The notes beneath the pieces are model-generated. The model was not told the origin of the DNA and searched no databases. It saw nothing but the letters and a program-made list of their open reading frames with translations. The translations under genes and the position numbers were made by a program. Source: Balanoglossus misakiensis (lineage: Eukaryota; Animalia; Hemichordata). Taken from it: a DNA stretch of 64,000 bases. Of the stretch, positions 12,901-34,219 are shown piece by piece. Position 1 is the stretch's first letter. Every line of letters begins with the position of its first letter. The stretch lies in assembly GCA_040954595.2 (NCBI GenBank), contig CM082584.2, forward strand, positions 11,064,552 to 11,128,551, given 5' to 3'.

Positions 12901-15900
12901 AAGCTATACAATCTATATCTCCTTTTGAACCTTGGATTTGAAAATTTCCAGATTGCGTTACCTCATTATTTGAGTTATTCATTGTGTATCTAATATGTAT
13001 GGTTTGGAATTGCTTTTTAGCTGCTGAACGGCTCCAGGTTGAACATTTCTTTCAAGATTCTGCTCTAACAGACCATCCTGTGGTGAGTGCTTTAATTAAT
13101 AAAGTCTTTCACCATCATGGTTTGGTCCAACTCCATTATTCTCAGAGGCAGTGGTGGACCTCTTTACACAGAAATGTGTCTGTTTTGGGGAATTTTGATA
13201 ACATTTTATATTTTTTTATTCCAGCGACACAAATTTTCCAAAGAACACTTTGTCCCGTCCTCTATGAAGAGAATTGAAATCAATGGAATATTTGGCGAAA
13301 AGGCAAGTGTTATCTGTAATGCAAGCCAGCAGAATCTTGACATGTGGTATTGTAGCAACATAAGTCAAGACACCACCCCCCTAAACAAAGACTTCAGTGC
13401 TGTATGATGTACCAATTGTGACTGAAACCTCATTGGTAACCTGAATACATGCAGAGAAAAATATCGGGTCATAGTATCATACTTAAGTTGGCTCTTTTTG
13501 TTTTGTTTTTCAGACAACACATTTGTTTTCACATTTCCCACTACACGGTGCTAAGAATATAGACACAGACCACAGAAGACTTAAATACCTTGCGTACAAT
13601 TTACAACAAGAGTTAATGCTAGAATTCCAGTACAAGACAATGTAAGTTGTGAATCTTCTTGTCCACTGTCAGTTTTACGTACAATGCAAAACCACCAGGC
13701 CAAAGCCTAATTTCATATGTTGACTTTCTTGGCTTGCAGAGATCCTAGAGTATCGTTACCGGAAACTTTCCTGGAAGACCTCATAGATGCCAGGCCAGCT
13801 GAGAGGGAGAGATGCAATATGCTTTTGTTACTTTTAGTAGCTTCCTTAGAGTTTTCCATACCGACTTTTCTGATGAATGAAACTTTAGAGACTGCAAAAC
13901 TTAGCTTACTCGGGTAAGTAAACTTCAAAGATCTTAGAAAGTCATGTAAAAATATATGGCTAGGGTGGGAGGGAGAGAAAAAAGAGAGAGAGACAGAAAC
14001 AGACAGACTGTTCTTACTATAAAAATGTTTCTGATAATGTATTATTTCCTTTCACAGTTTTGTACCATGCATTGATTTATTTTTGTTGCCAAGACGTGAA
14101 AGATGCCAAGCTGTTTCCATTCTTCTGAGTACTGTCAAGGTGGACAGAGATGGAAAAGAGGTAAGATGCGTGCATGGCTGTTTTTCAACTTCACATTAAA
14201 TTTTGCAAGATCTAGTTACATATGGCAATACATTTGATTCATACAAGATCCAATTTTCCTCTGCCTATACAGGATGGTGGTCTTTACGACAGACTCTACC
14301 TGTGTCTGTATTACACTGTGGCAGAACTCAACAAGAAACAACAGCAAGAATCTTATTCATCTATGCAAGTCAAAAAAGTTGCTGTCAATCCAATGTAAGT
14401 GCAAAGACAAAGTTTATTTTTTTGCAGATTTTTACTAACCCTGTCATCCAAGTGAAAGAGAGAGAGAGTTCTTATTGTAAAATCAACACCTCATGTTTTC
14501 CATAACCAGATACAGAGAATACAAGTGTCTGCTCGCAGCTGAAGTCATCCAGTTGATGTGTATAGTGCCAGCCTTCTTTGATTTCATCGAGCGAGACAAA
14601 AGTGTCACCAGTCTGCTGATCACTGCTACTGGAGACAATACCATCGTCGATAAGATTGGAGAGAGTGTGGACAGGATGAGAAGAAGTGGGGTAAGGAATG
14701 GAATTATGACCGTCATGTTGAATAACCGGGATAATTGAGTGTACGATTTATTTTCATTGTCATTTTCTACTCTTCCAGATTGATGTAAGAAGAATGTATG
14801 AAGATGTTGCAGAGATGATTTTAGACCTCATTCATCAAAATGCCAAAAATGTCTTGAACAGACACATATCTCCACGTGGCCAAACAAAATATGTACTAGC
14901 AGTAAGTGAATACCTGGCCTATTTATTTGTGGTTCTGTTGAAATGTATTGTGCTGTGACTCTCTGATTGTTGGTATACCGAGCAATGTCTTGAATAAAAA
15001 AGATGAGTACACTGATTGAAAATGGAGGGTGACTAACGTATTTTTTCACTTTTGTATGATAGAATGGTTTACCAAATAGACCCCACTCGTCCCCTATCTA
15101 CTCACCAGTCTATGCAAGTGACTATCACGCCAAGGGAAGGACAACGCCAGACCACAGGAGAGTCCGTCCCTTGACCGGAAGGAAGCTCCGAGACCCGACC
15201 GAGCCCAAGCCGCCGCTTCTCGGAGACCGGCTGCTCGTCGGGCCACAGAACGTCGGGTACATCATTGCTCTTCCAGAGCCAGATATTGCTTTAATACAGA
15301 TGGACGCTGTACCAGGTATGCGTGTCAGCCACTCCTCAGTCACGTACAGGCATATCAGCATATTGTATAATGTGATTGATTGCACCTATCGTACAAACGT
15401 TTCACAGTCACCATTCAGGACAGTACACCAACTGACTGTGGCCCCTGGCATACATATATGTATATGTGGTGTAATACAGACCATCTTACTACTCCTTTCA
15501 GCTCCCAATGGATCTGTAGTTGTCCATGCCAAGAATCTGGACATACACTATAGCTACATGGATATGAAGCATGTAGAGTGGGATGAGAAGAGTAGATACT
15601 GGAAACCAAAGGGATCAGTCGGAGACAGGTGGGTTGGCAACCATTAACCCTTGACCCCACAATGTCTCTCATCAAAAAAGATTTTCTGTGTTCACTGTCT
15701 GAATGATTTTTGTACCTCAGGATAACAATCCAGAAAGCTGAGGGTGATGATGACGACGTTGATCCACCAAATCCTCCAACGACACCAACACTCCATGGAA
15801 GTACGACGTCATTGGCCATCCTGACAGTGGATGATGATTTGGAATCCAACAAAACTAAGGCAAGTGTCTTACCGACTTTCCTTTGACATCTCAGATCTGA

Positions 15901-18354
15901 CAAATATTTTTTTTGTGTGTGTATGACCAGTGATGTAGATATAGCCAGTCACGGGTCAACACACCTGTCTGACTGGACTAGAAACACCATCTAACATTTT
16001 TTTTACTTTCTGGTCTCTGTATGTTTGTCTTGTAATCTCCTCGTCTGCGGCACAACCACAGGAAATCGAAACGCCAAGACCCATGTCAGCTGTCCTCCAG
16101 GAAAAGCTGGACTTGAAACTGAACTTGAGTGATGACGTGCTGAGGTCATCGTCCCTTGTGAAGGAAAGCCACTCTCAGCAGCAGATCCATCACGACGTGG
16201 ACAAACTGCTGGGTCGGAAAGGGAAAAGGAGAGGGAAGCAGGAAACGCGGAATAATGAGGATGACGACGCAGTGTCAATCGAACACATCGAAAACGCGCT
16301 CTACGACTGCCTCAAGGATGCCATGGAAACGGTGAAAATAAACGGACAACAGAGTGGGAATGTCACGGAAAATAAGAGAACGGAAGCGGAGGATGATAAT
16401 ACAGGGAAAGGCAAATCACGGAAAAGCTTTGGTGATATTTATGGGAAAAAATCAAATAAGATCGATGACGTTGAAGAGGGGATGAAAGACCCTGAAAAGG
16501 AAGTCAATGGTGGGAATGACAACGGTAGTGACAGATCAGATAAAAATAAGACAGAGAAGTCAAGACCTTCGTCTTCAAGACATCCAGGGTAAGAAAATAG
16601 TTATTTTTTTGCCAATACCTAGAATTCAATTACATGAGTTCATATTTATGAAAAAATGATATATTTTGACATAATGACATATTTTATTTTACCATCAACA
16701 GAATGACTGAAAGAGCACTGGATGAAATCATGTTGGATGAAGTGGCAGAAGTCAACATATCTGCTGGTCAACCACAAAGTAAACGGAAAGGAAGTCTGGA
16801 ATCCAATGAAGAGATAGATATCAAGGCACTTGAAATTCACATAAACACAAATGTTGATTTGGGTGACAACCCCAGGCACCAAGATGGGGAAACTAGGTGA
16901 GTTCGTGTGATTTTACGTACCTTAATGTGGATACTTCCTGCAGGGTTTTTATGCTTGAGACTCCTCTGAGTTCCTGAAGTTCTGTAGTCCTGATGTGTGT
17001 TTTTTTTCATTACTAGCCCAAGACATCTGTCAAGTCCAACAAGATTGAAGAGTGCCAGGTCTAGAATGAGTTCTGCCAGGTAAGTTTGTTTGTGGATGTT
17101 TGGCATTACCTTACCTTACCTTATGCACCTGAGGGACAGAAGTGGATTAGATAATAAGTACCCAATGCAGACCAATGTTTTATTCAAGCGTAACATTTTC
17201 AAAATGGAATTTTCTCATACATTTGCTGCATAGATCCACCACAACACAGAGGTCACTCCGAACGCTGGTGTCGCAGCAGACAGTGCCAATCATGAACGTC
17301 GACATCACCAGACCAGACAGTTCGGTGATGACCGACTATCAGAGAGAAAGAACAGAAGCCTGGAAGAAGACAGTTGTGCCAATTGTGTTCTCTACACCAC
17401 GCGCTGCGTCTGCAGGTACTGTATGTGCACCAGAGAGTTTCAGCTCAAAATGGAAAACAGAATGCCAGGGTGCATAGTTTATGGGGTCATAAAGTGATCA
17501 GTAAATTTTTAAAAGCCATACTGATACATGTATAGACACAGTTATCCTACCAATGATCACAATTACTTCTTTTTTTTCCCCTTATAACCATTCACAGTAC
17601 CAAGTTCAACACCCCCTCCGCCTCAAAGGCCAAGTTCGCCACTGTCAAGTTCAAGGGCAATCGCTGCATACAAACCCCGTCCCAATGAGAGAACAGGATC
17701 AGTACTATCCGGCAAGATTTGCAACGGCTGGCTGGCAAGTGGTAAAAACCTTCACCACATGAGCTCCAAAATGAGACCCCGGTCTGGCCATGTGCCAGGA
17801 TACCTAGATGGGATGGAGCCCAGGCCACAGTCACTACAGGCAAATCGGCTTCGGTGAGTACCAATATTGTTAGTCTAAACTGCCTGGTACTTTTTCTACC
17901 AAATATGATTTCATAATAGCATCAAGGTTACATACCTGTTAATGTTTCCAACTTCGAGTTTAAATTTTATGTTTTTTTTAATGTTTTCTAGACGGAACAG
18001 GTCCAGTAAGTCTGCGGGTACATCTAGATGGAAAACTGGGTCTGGTAAGTGACGACTTCAGTACCAGCTCAGCCAATCATTGTATCTGCAAGTACCGTAA
18101 CTATTTTGAACAGTTTAAATATGATGCAGACAAAGATTTCGTGCATCTGAAAAATCCCAGAACTGTAAATCTTGACTTTGCATTTTCTTTTTGTGGTTTC
18201 TCCAGCAAGCAGCGTGTACCGGTCACTGGAGGTTTTGATGCCCGACTACACAAAACAAGCACATCAGCAGAACTACACGGTGCGACAACTGGGCACCCCA
18301 CCCCTGGGGGCACCTAAACGACCTCCCTCACCTCTTAACATGACCTATAGGTAG
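6991..18354 (+). CDS. Uncharacterised protein with N-terminal SDS22-like leucine-rich repeats and LRRcap, helical middle region and long disordered S/P/R-rich C-terminus
   Basis: Traced exons 6991-7008, 7094-7163, 7300-7427, 11017-11173, 12804-12866, 13021-13082, 13225-13302, 13514-13641, 13740-13913, 14058-14160, 14273-14394, 14510-14690, 14779-14901, 15063-15315, 15502-15628, 15721-15859, 16062-16588, 16702-16896, 17017-17079, 17234-17415, 17598-17853, 17992-18044, 18206-18354. LRRs: LQTLLLRDNCI, LWKLDLSNNRI, ILDLSLHGNP. LRRcap: YRIHVIDCLPNVWMLDG. The 3' end is less certain because TAT AG|gtag could be a further donor. Confidence 0.8.
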
Positions 18355-19334
18355 AACTAAATACAACATCTGCAATCACAGCTCGCATAGAAAAAAATCA
18401 GCTGGCAGTAAAAAAATGCAAGGTGTAAAAAAGTCCACTTGCGGTCATTGCTGGTAATGTGACTTGTTGGAATGGATACTCAGCATACACACCTCACATC
18501 AAACTTACTGGAGCAAAGTTGCCACCATTTTTGTCAATAATTTGGTTCTGTTTGCTAAAGTGAAATTTATTTAGACCCTATGAATTAATATAAAAAAATG
18601 GTGAGTAACTTTGCTCCGTCAAAAACATGAACCACACATCAGAGGTGTAAGTGATGCATGCTCTAAGCTTATTGCCATGCCAGTGCTTGCTTTGGTTATT
18701 TCGGGTGTTGCTCTTCTGAAGCTCTGAGTTATAGGCCAGTAAAGCTTGCCATGGTTCGCTAAATGGTTAAAGCTGTTTGTGCACGTATGTCAAGCATTAG
18801 TTAGCTGTTCAAGGTGTGTTTCTTATAATGAACAATTTGCCATACTTTCAGGGAACCTTAGCGAGTCATAAGTTTCCATACTCCATGCATTATGCATTCT
18901 GTAATCATACTTCCTTGTAATGCATGTGTTCATTAAAAAGAGGTGATACGTGAATCAGTTCTATTCGTTATAAAGTCCCAAGCCATTTGACACTATTGCA
19001 CAACAAAGTGCTGGTTTCAAAAATTGAGGAAAACATTGTATGATGATGTGCATGTTTACTGTGTATTCATGTGTTCTTTAGTTTTTGTGTGTAATGATAC
19101 ATATCATCTTCAAAGTGGTGGTTTCCAATAATGATGTCAAGATAATGTTCGGTTTGAGAATGAAGGGTGTAAGACTTGTGGTCTAAGAGTTGCGTGACAA
19201 GATTAGCAGTAAAGGTAATGAATGAATTTGTCTTTCGATTATTTACTCCATCTGGTGTGTGTTTTACAGTGTTACACTAAAGTGTTGTGTTTTGTGTGTT
19301 ATAACACTATAATCATCACAATGAGAGTCCACTA

Positions 19335-19427
19335 TTAACCTTTTCACCACCATGGTTGAGTCCAGATCCATTGTTTTCTATGGTAAAATTGGACCTCTAA
19401 AGAGGCAACTAGGGGTGAATGGGTTAA
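19335..19427. mobile_element. ~90 bp MITE-like element with TTAA flanks and imperfect terminal inverted repeats
   Basis: TTAA-ccttttcacc...ggtgaatggg-TTAA. Related copies at 58243-58317 (reverse orientation), ~54075-54173 and ~13107-13172. Confidence 0.65.
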
Positions 19428-20976
19428 AACACACAAGGACCCAATCCCAACGTTTCAATGGCTACAGATGATGTCTGCAGTTTGTGATGTGTGTGTTCCT
19501 GATGCACTTAGCACGCGTGTACATGTACTTACACACATGCGCACACAAACACCAAGACACACTGCCAACAAAGACACATGGTGTTTTTGCACATTGCATT
19601 TTGGGGAGATGTTGGATCTAGTTCTAAAGGCAATCATGTCAAGAGTGCTGTGGTGAACACAACTTTGCACTGGGTCTGCGTGGTTTTGCTACAAGTCTTT
19701 CTCAATCCTGCACCTGTTAACACAGCTTTTAGTATTTTTGTGATTTGTTTCTTTAGGATATAAGCTCACTACGGTACTTCAAAGTTGATAGAAATCTTAG
19801 ATCAGCAGTTGTCATTTTCATGAAAAGCTCGACCACCCAAAAGGAAACAAATTCATTGTTGAAAACATTCTAAATATTAGGCTACTATTGATCGTCATTT
19901 TGAAACAAACTGCTTTGTGTATTGTTTCTACTAGTTCCGTCCAATGAATGTGTAGATTTTTATACTTTAATTAATTAATTAATTAAATTATTAATTGAGT
20001 AGTTTTCTGTTAATGTGTAAATATGAAATGAATAATTTTTTGTACCATTTACATCTTTGTAGCACATTATCTGTTTTTATGTGTGACCCACCTTACATGA
20101 ATTTTGAAAAGTATGCATCACACACCCACCCATTTTATCTAAACAAAAGATTAATTTGTTGTCATTGGGGGCGTACTATACTGTCATGCCAAAGTTTTCT
20201 CCTGAAATTTGTAGTGTCATATGTAAGTCAGAGTTACAAATTGAAGCACTGAGTCTTTTGAAAATGAGTTTGTACTTTTGAAAACTACAATAAACAAAAT
20301 ATACAACTAACACATGAATAAAAAAAGTGCAAGGAAGAATAAGGTTTAGCATTTAAATGTAAATATCCGTCCTATTTTGAGACATTTATTACTCTCATAC
20401 ATCATTTGTATTCCTTCTTTGTATATGATTGTACATTATGTAAATATGGCTGTGTAAAGTCCGTGTGCTGTTAATATTTTTAAAAGTTTATCAGCGTTGA
20501 GCAGTGAACTTTTTTTTCTCAAGATTTAGAAATTTTCTGACATTTGGTCAAAGTACAGTAAGAAAAGATTAGCTCTCACAGCAATTAGAATTCTTTCAAG
20601 AGATGTTTTTTTGATACAATAGACACTGGCATTTTATATAGAAATTTTGTTACCACTGGCTGACAATAAAGAGATATTGCTAACTTTACTGTTGTTTCGG
20701 AGCATTTTAATCAACCCTGAGGTCAACATCATCACTATGAAGATACTTTGCTGGTCTTAAAAAAAAAAATCCTTATAGATAAGGCCTCATTTATGACAAA
20801 TTTTAACAGCATAAGATATCAAAACAAGCGGAGATTCTGTGTTAACGCGTGCCCTCTGTAGTCAGTGTCTATATTTCGGGGTCTGGACGTGTGGAGCTTG
20901 ATGTGGGGAGACATTTTAATTGTGAACTAGAGAGGGCGCTTTTCTGAAACGGTGTGACCTCTTTGTGAGATTCAAC

Positions 20977-29578
<8,602 letters not shown>

Positions 29579-31116
29579 TATACCAGCAAATAATAGACTT
29601 CATTAGGGTCTTTTCGTATAGTACCATTTAGTCATAGATTCGTTTAGGCATTTTACCTTGTTTGGGTAATTTTTTTAGAGATCCGAATACAAGGTGTAAG
29701 GCAATAGGTGTACTTCTGTCAAAAAAATCATGACTTCACAAATACTTACTATACATGTATGTCAAATGGCTTTATTAGATGTAGAAATAAAAAATGAAGA
29801 GTGTATTAGATGGTAGCATGTTATAAAATTTGGGTTGCATTGGCCTCACCCTAATATAACCAGTATTTATTTTCTGCAACAATTTCATTCTGTGATATTT
29901 GTTTTTCTTTCATGTTTTCTGCCATTCGAATGACAAGTGAAGTGAATTCCTTTATGGACCAAAACTGACAAAGTCCTTTTAGTAGGTTAAACAAAATTGT
30001 AAATTTGCAAAGTCAAGAAGCAGGTGTAATGCTGGTTATAATGAGTGGTGGAAAGATGGTGACGCCAATAGCAACTTACTTCTTAATTAAGTCTTGCTTT
30101 AGTATAGTCAAGAATTGTAGGCATGATGCATCTTCTCAGAGATAAATTAACATTTTTGAGCAGCTATGTTAGCGTGTTTAGCTGTGGTGCTTCCGTGTTT
30201 CTGACATGCCTTTATAGCTACTCGCAAAAGACTAGTTTGGAGAAGTGCAGAAAAATTGGACTCCCACCTATCTGTGCGTTGCCAACTGGTCTGTGTGTCT
30301 TTCACCCCTCTCTGTCTGTGATTTTCATGTTGGTTTGCCTACAGTTGCGGCAGTAAGCTGTATTTCATTTTTGCAATGATGTCTGTTGTTCTAGCCACGC
30401 ACTGTGTGATCAAAAATAGCTGTTTGCCATTGTTCACCGGTTTTTCACCCCAAATCCATGTCAGACATTTTCTTTTAAATTTTGGTGTTGGTATGTCATC
30501 TTCAAAAAATAATAAAACTTATAGCAGATTTCATAGAGTTCCTTGTTAATGTTGTTTAAATAGCAATGTTTGTATGAGATCCTCATATTGAGGGTGAATC
30601 CCAAAATTGCCCCTTTTGCCGATTTTTCGGTATCTATACAGGGCAACTTGAGAAAAAAATGCTGTAGCTTTTCTTGTAACGATTGTACTGATATAGTATT
30701 GGCGAGCTACTTTTTATACAATGCCTGCGGGTTGGCTAGTTAATTTGCTCTTAAATGTATTCCTATCAATTCAGTCATGTGATGTCTTTGCTCATGGGTT
30801 GCGTTGTGAAATCTACTTTCAGTATGAAGTGTTTTTTCGTTTACATACTGGAGTGGATTTTAATATAGCATTAATAAAAGGTAGTTTTGATTACAAGACT
30901 GGGCGAGGCATCTTGTGTGTGTCTTTTTTATCATTCATGAATTATCCACCCTGCAAACAAGATTGTGTCAACTTGTACTGAAAGAAATACACACGGAGAC
31001 CAATGAAGACTTACTTGTGTACTGGTACATTGATATTTAATGCAAGTTCATTTTGGTGAAGATAAAGATTTCAAAATAAAAGTACAAAAACGATTTGCTA
31101 TACTGATATCTATTTG

Positions 31117-33084
31117 CTATACCCTGGGACCTGGATTCTGTCGGCTGGCAGCGTACGGATGAACACTGGCTTTGATGTTTGCCTTGATACTGCTGGGGGC
31201 CTTGCCTGGAACTGAAAGCAGAAACACTGGCATTTAACAGTCAGTTAAGACATGATGGTAACTTCTTCAAGAGGCAATGTCGTGTTGGACAGCGCCACCA
31301 ATAGTCAGTAGCGTCCGATCTTCTGTTTTTTCCCAGCTACATCTCAAGCCCTATTTCATTTGAAATGATATATGAACTTCAGACCTCCAATCCTACTGTC
31401 CTTTGGCAGAAAAATCAGAGTACAATTGGTCCTAACATTTTCGCGTTTGAAACGAATTTCATCAGTTCTTACCAACGTCAGGTCTTGACACTGCTTGTGG
31501 TGGTGGCTGTACTGGCATTGGCTGGGGCTGTCGGAGTTTTAATCCGATGCCAAAACTGGCTGCTGCTACAAGTGAGTTTGTATCCATTGGAGAAGAGGTG
31601 TTTGGCATGGCTGCTCTGGGTCCTGCAATGAAGGAAAATCTTTCATTCAATACATTAACGGAAACTTTAAATGTACGCAAGTCTTTTTTCATGACCATTT
31701 ACAATACATTTAAAGCCATTTTCCAGCATACCTGTACTTTCTATCTCCCATTCATCTCTGGCACTGTTTATAAGATCTACAAGGCTTGATGATAACTTGT
31801 TCAAACTCGTAATTTGTTGCTGAAAGCAGAAAAAAAGAAGAAAAAACCTGTCAAGGCATGGTTGAACATAGCTATGGACATACATGTACAACTTTACACG
31901 GCAGTGAGGGTAGTCTTTTTCATGTTCAATGACACATGTAGCCTACCCGTAAATACAGGTGACCTATTGAATTCACAGTGAATAAGCATTCATGCCATCA
32001 CCCATGTTGAATTACCAGGTATAACGGAAGAATTCTGAATTCGGTGATGGCTCCCACATTACCTGCACCATTTCTGGTGTTAGTTGAGCTGCTGCTGAGT
32101 TTAGTTGGTGCTCTTTTTCTTCGATCTCCGGCTCTGCTTTTGTTCGGAGATAATTGGGTACCACTTCATGATTGAAGGCTGGCACTCTGCCCTCTGTCAT
32201 TTTCTGTAAACAAATTTGAAAAAAGATTTATGAAAGATTTAGCTCTTTGAAGATCTTCTGTGTTCCACTCAAGGTGCTGGATGGCATGAACTGCCCTCTA
32301 TGGACTGAGGATGTATTTTGTATGTGAGTGTGCACATGAACTATGTACATTGTGGCCGTATCTCAGTCTGTATCCATTAACAATACTCACCTCAAGTTCT
32401 TCATCTCTTTCTGGCGCAAGAACAAGTGGCAGTAAAATGAAATTCCTCAAAGATGGCATCTTGTCATTTTTCAAAACTTTGTTGAGAGTAGTGATCTGAC
32501 CTATAACATTGAAGAATATTTATTCTTGTAAAGAGTGAGAGGCCACATTGTAGGGAATACTGCATTCATTTCTAGTATTGGATATTTTACATGCATACTT
32601 ACTGGAAATAAGGGCAAAGCTGTCAAGCACTGACGGCCTGAAACAATAACATTAAGAAGCTGGTGAAACATTCAAATTTTAAGGTGACCATTGAGTATTG
32701 GTAAGTACTATTTAAGAAAATTATAAAAATGAAATGTACAGGGAGATTGAAAACCAAATTGAGCCTTACACTTACCAGTTGAGGGTTTCATGCTCAAGTT
32801 CTAATTTCATTATAAACTGTGAAATAGAATTCTTTAAATCTTGTACTCTGGTTAACATTGCATCCAGGGAAATTTCCAAGGCTTTCTCTTGATTCTGATG
32901 AAAGAGAGAGATAGTGGGATGGGGAGTGTGTCACTGTGTGTGAGTGGAGATAACAATAGGACAGTAGATACAGATGAAGTCTCGAACGGGCTTTACGAAT
33001 AAACAAGCTTCAAGAAGACAATGCAAATGTGGTGATTTACATGTATAAACAATAGTGATCATTCTCTGGCTAAGTTACCTGCAT
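31117..33084 (-). CDS. MED8: Mediator of RNA polymerase II transcription subunit 8
   Basis: Minus-strand exons 33079-33084 (ATG CAG), 32776-32894, 32603-32637, 32391-32500, 32063-32203, 31732-31819, 31473-31622, 31117-31211. Encodes MQNQEKALE...[12 protein letters not shown]...[20 protein letters not shown]...[18 protein letters not shown], diagnostic of MED8. Confidence 0.96.
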
Positions 33085-33302
33085 GGTGCTGGTCTTTCTT
33101 CACCGATCTTCCTTTTGCTGTTGATGGGTTTGTAAAAGGTCGATGATGTTGTTATGACATGACCTTAGCGAAAGGTCACTGAACATGCGCCCTGGGAAAA
33201 AAAAGATGTCTGCTGTTTTCATATGTGTTGCAGAGCGAGCATAACAAAATCATGTCGTATTCCGTAATGTGAGTGAAGTCGAAGTGAGAGAGAAGGGCGA
33301 GG
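33085..33302. promoter_or_regulatory. Shared bidirectional promoter of MED8 and SZT2
   Basis: Only 218 bp between the divergent start codons (33084 on -, 33303 on +). CpG-enriched sequence extends into SZT2 intron 1. Confidence 0.8.
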
Positions 33303-33931
33303 ATGTCTTCAGAGACAAGAGAAGAGGCGTGTGAGGTAAGCTTTTCTCGTTTTTGCGTTGATAATTTTTGGGAAGCGAATTTAAAAACCTGCGCAGCGAC
33401 ACATTCATCGAGATGGGACGACATGGCGTGTCAATAACATAGGAGTTTCAATAAACTGCTCCATCGGTGCAGTAAAGCCAGTAGAATAAGCCGCGATCGT
33501 TACAAACCACCCTCGCGCGTCAGAGGTTGCCATGGTTACTGTCAACACCACAGACGGTGGACAACTCGAATATAGGCATCCATTTATGATACAGCCAGAC
33601 CTGGAATCTGGTCAGCAGCAGGTCACGTCGGAGTTGCATGGTGCCATGTTGATACTCGTGACCTCACTTACTGTTGAGGGCCGTGCACGTAGACAGCACA
33701 TCCAACACCGTCCGTCCGATCCTACGCCATCAAAATGAATGTCAAAACGAGGATCTGTTCACCTTGTTACCCCCTGGACTGTACCATTTATGTTTAGGGG
33801 GTCGAGACTGTACCAGTCAATTTTGTTGTCATCCAAGGACACTTGCGTGTAATTTTAAAGCACTGAACCCCCAGTTATTAATATATGTTTCCATCACCGA
33901 ACACGTGATCTCCTCCTCCTCCTCCTCCTCC

Positions 33932-33975
<44 letters not shown>

Positions 33976-33994
33976 TTCACCACCATCATCATCG

Positions 33995-34056
<62 letters not shown>

Positions 34057-34064
34057 TTCACCAC

Positions 34065-34137
<73 letters not shown>

Positions 34138-34156
34138 TTCACCACCATCATCATCG

Positions 34157-34219
<63 letters not shown>

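Noticed and set aside
20845-20942. CTCF-like AGAGGGCRC cores upstream of CARM1
   Set aside because: The 5' half of the consensus (CCAC/CCAG) is not matched; too weak to call.
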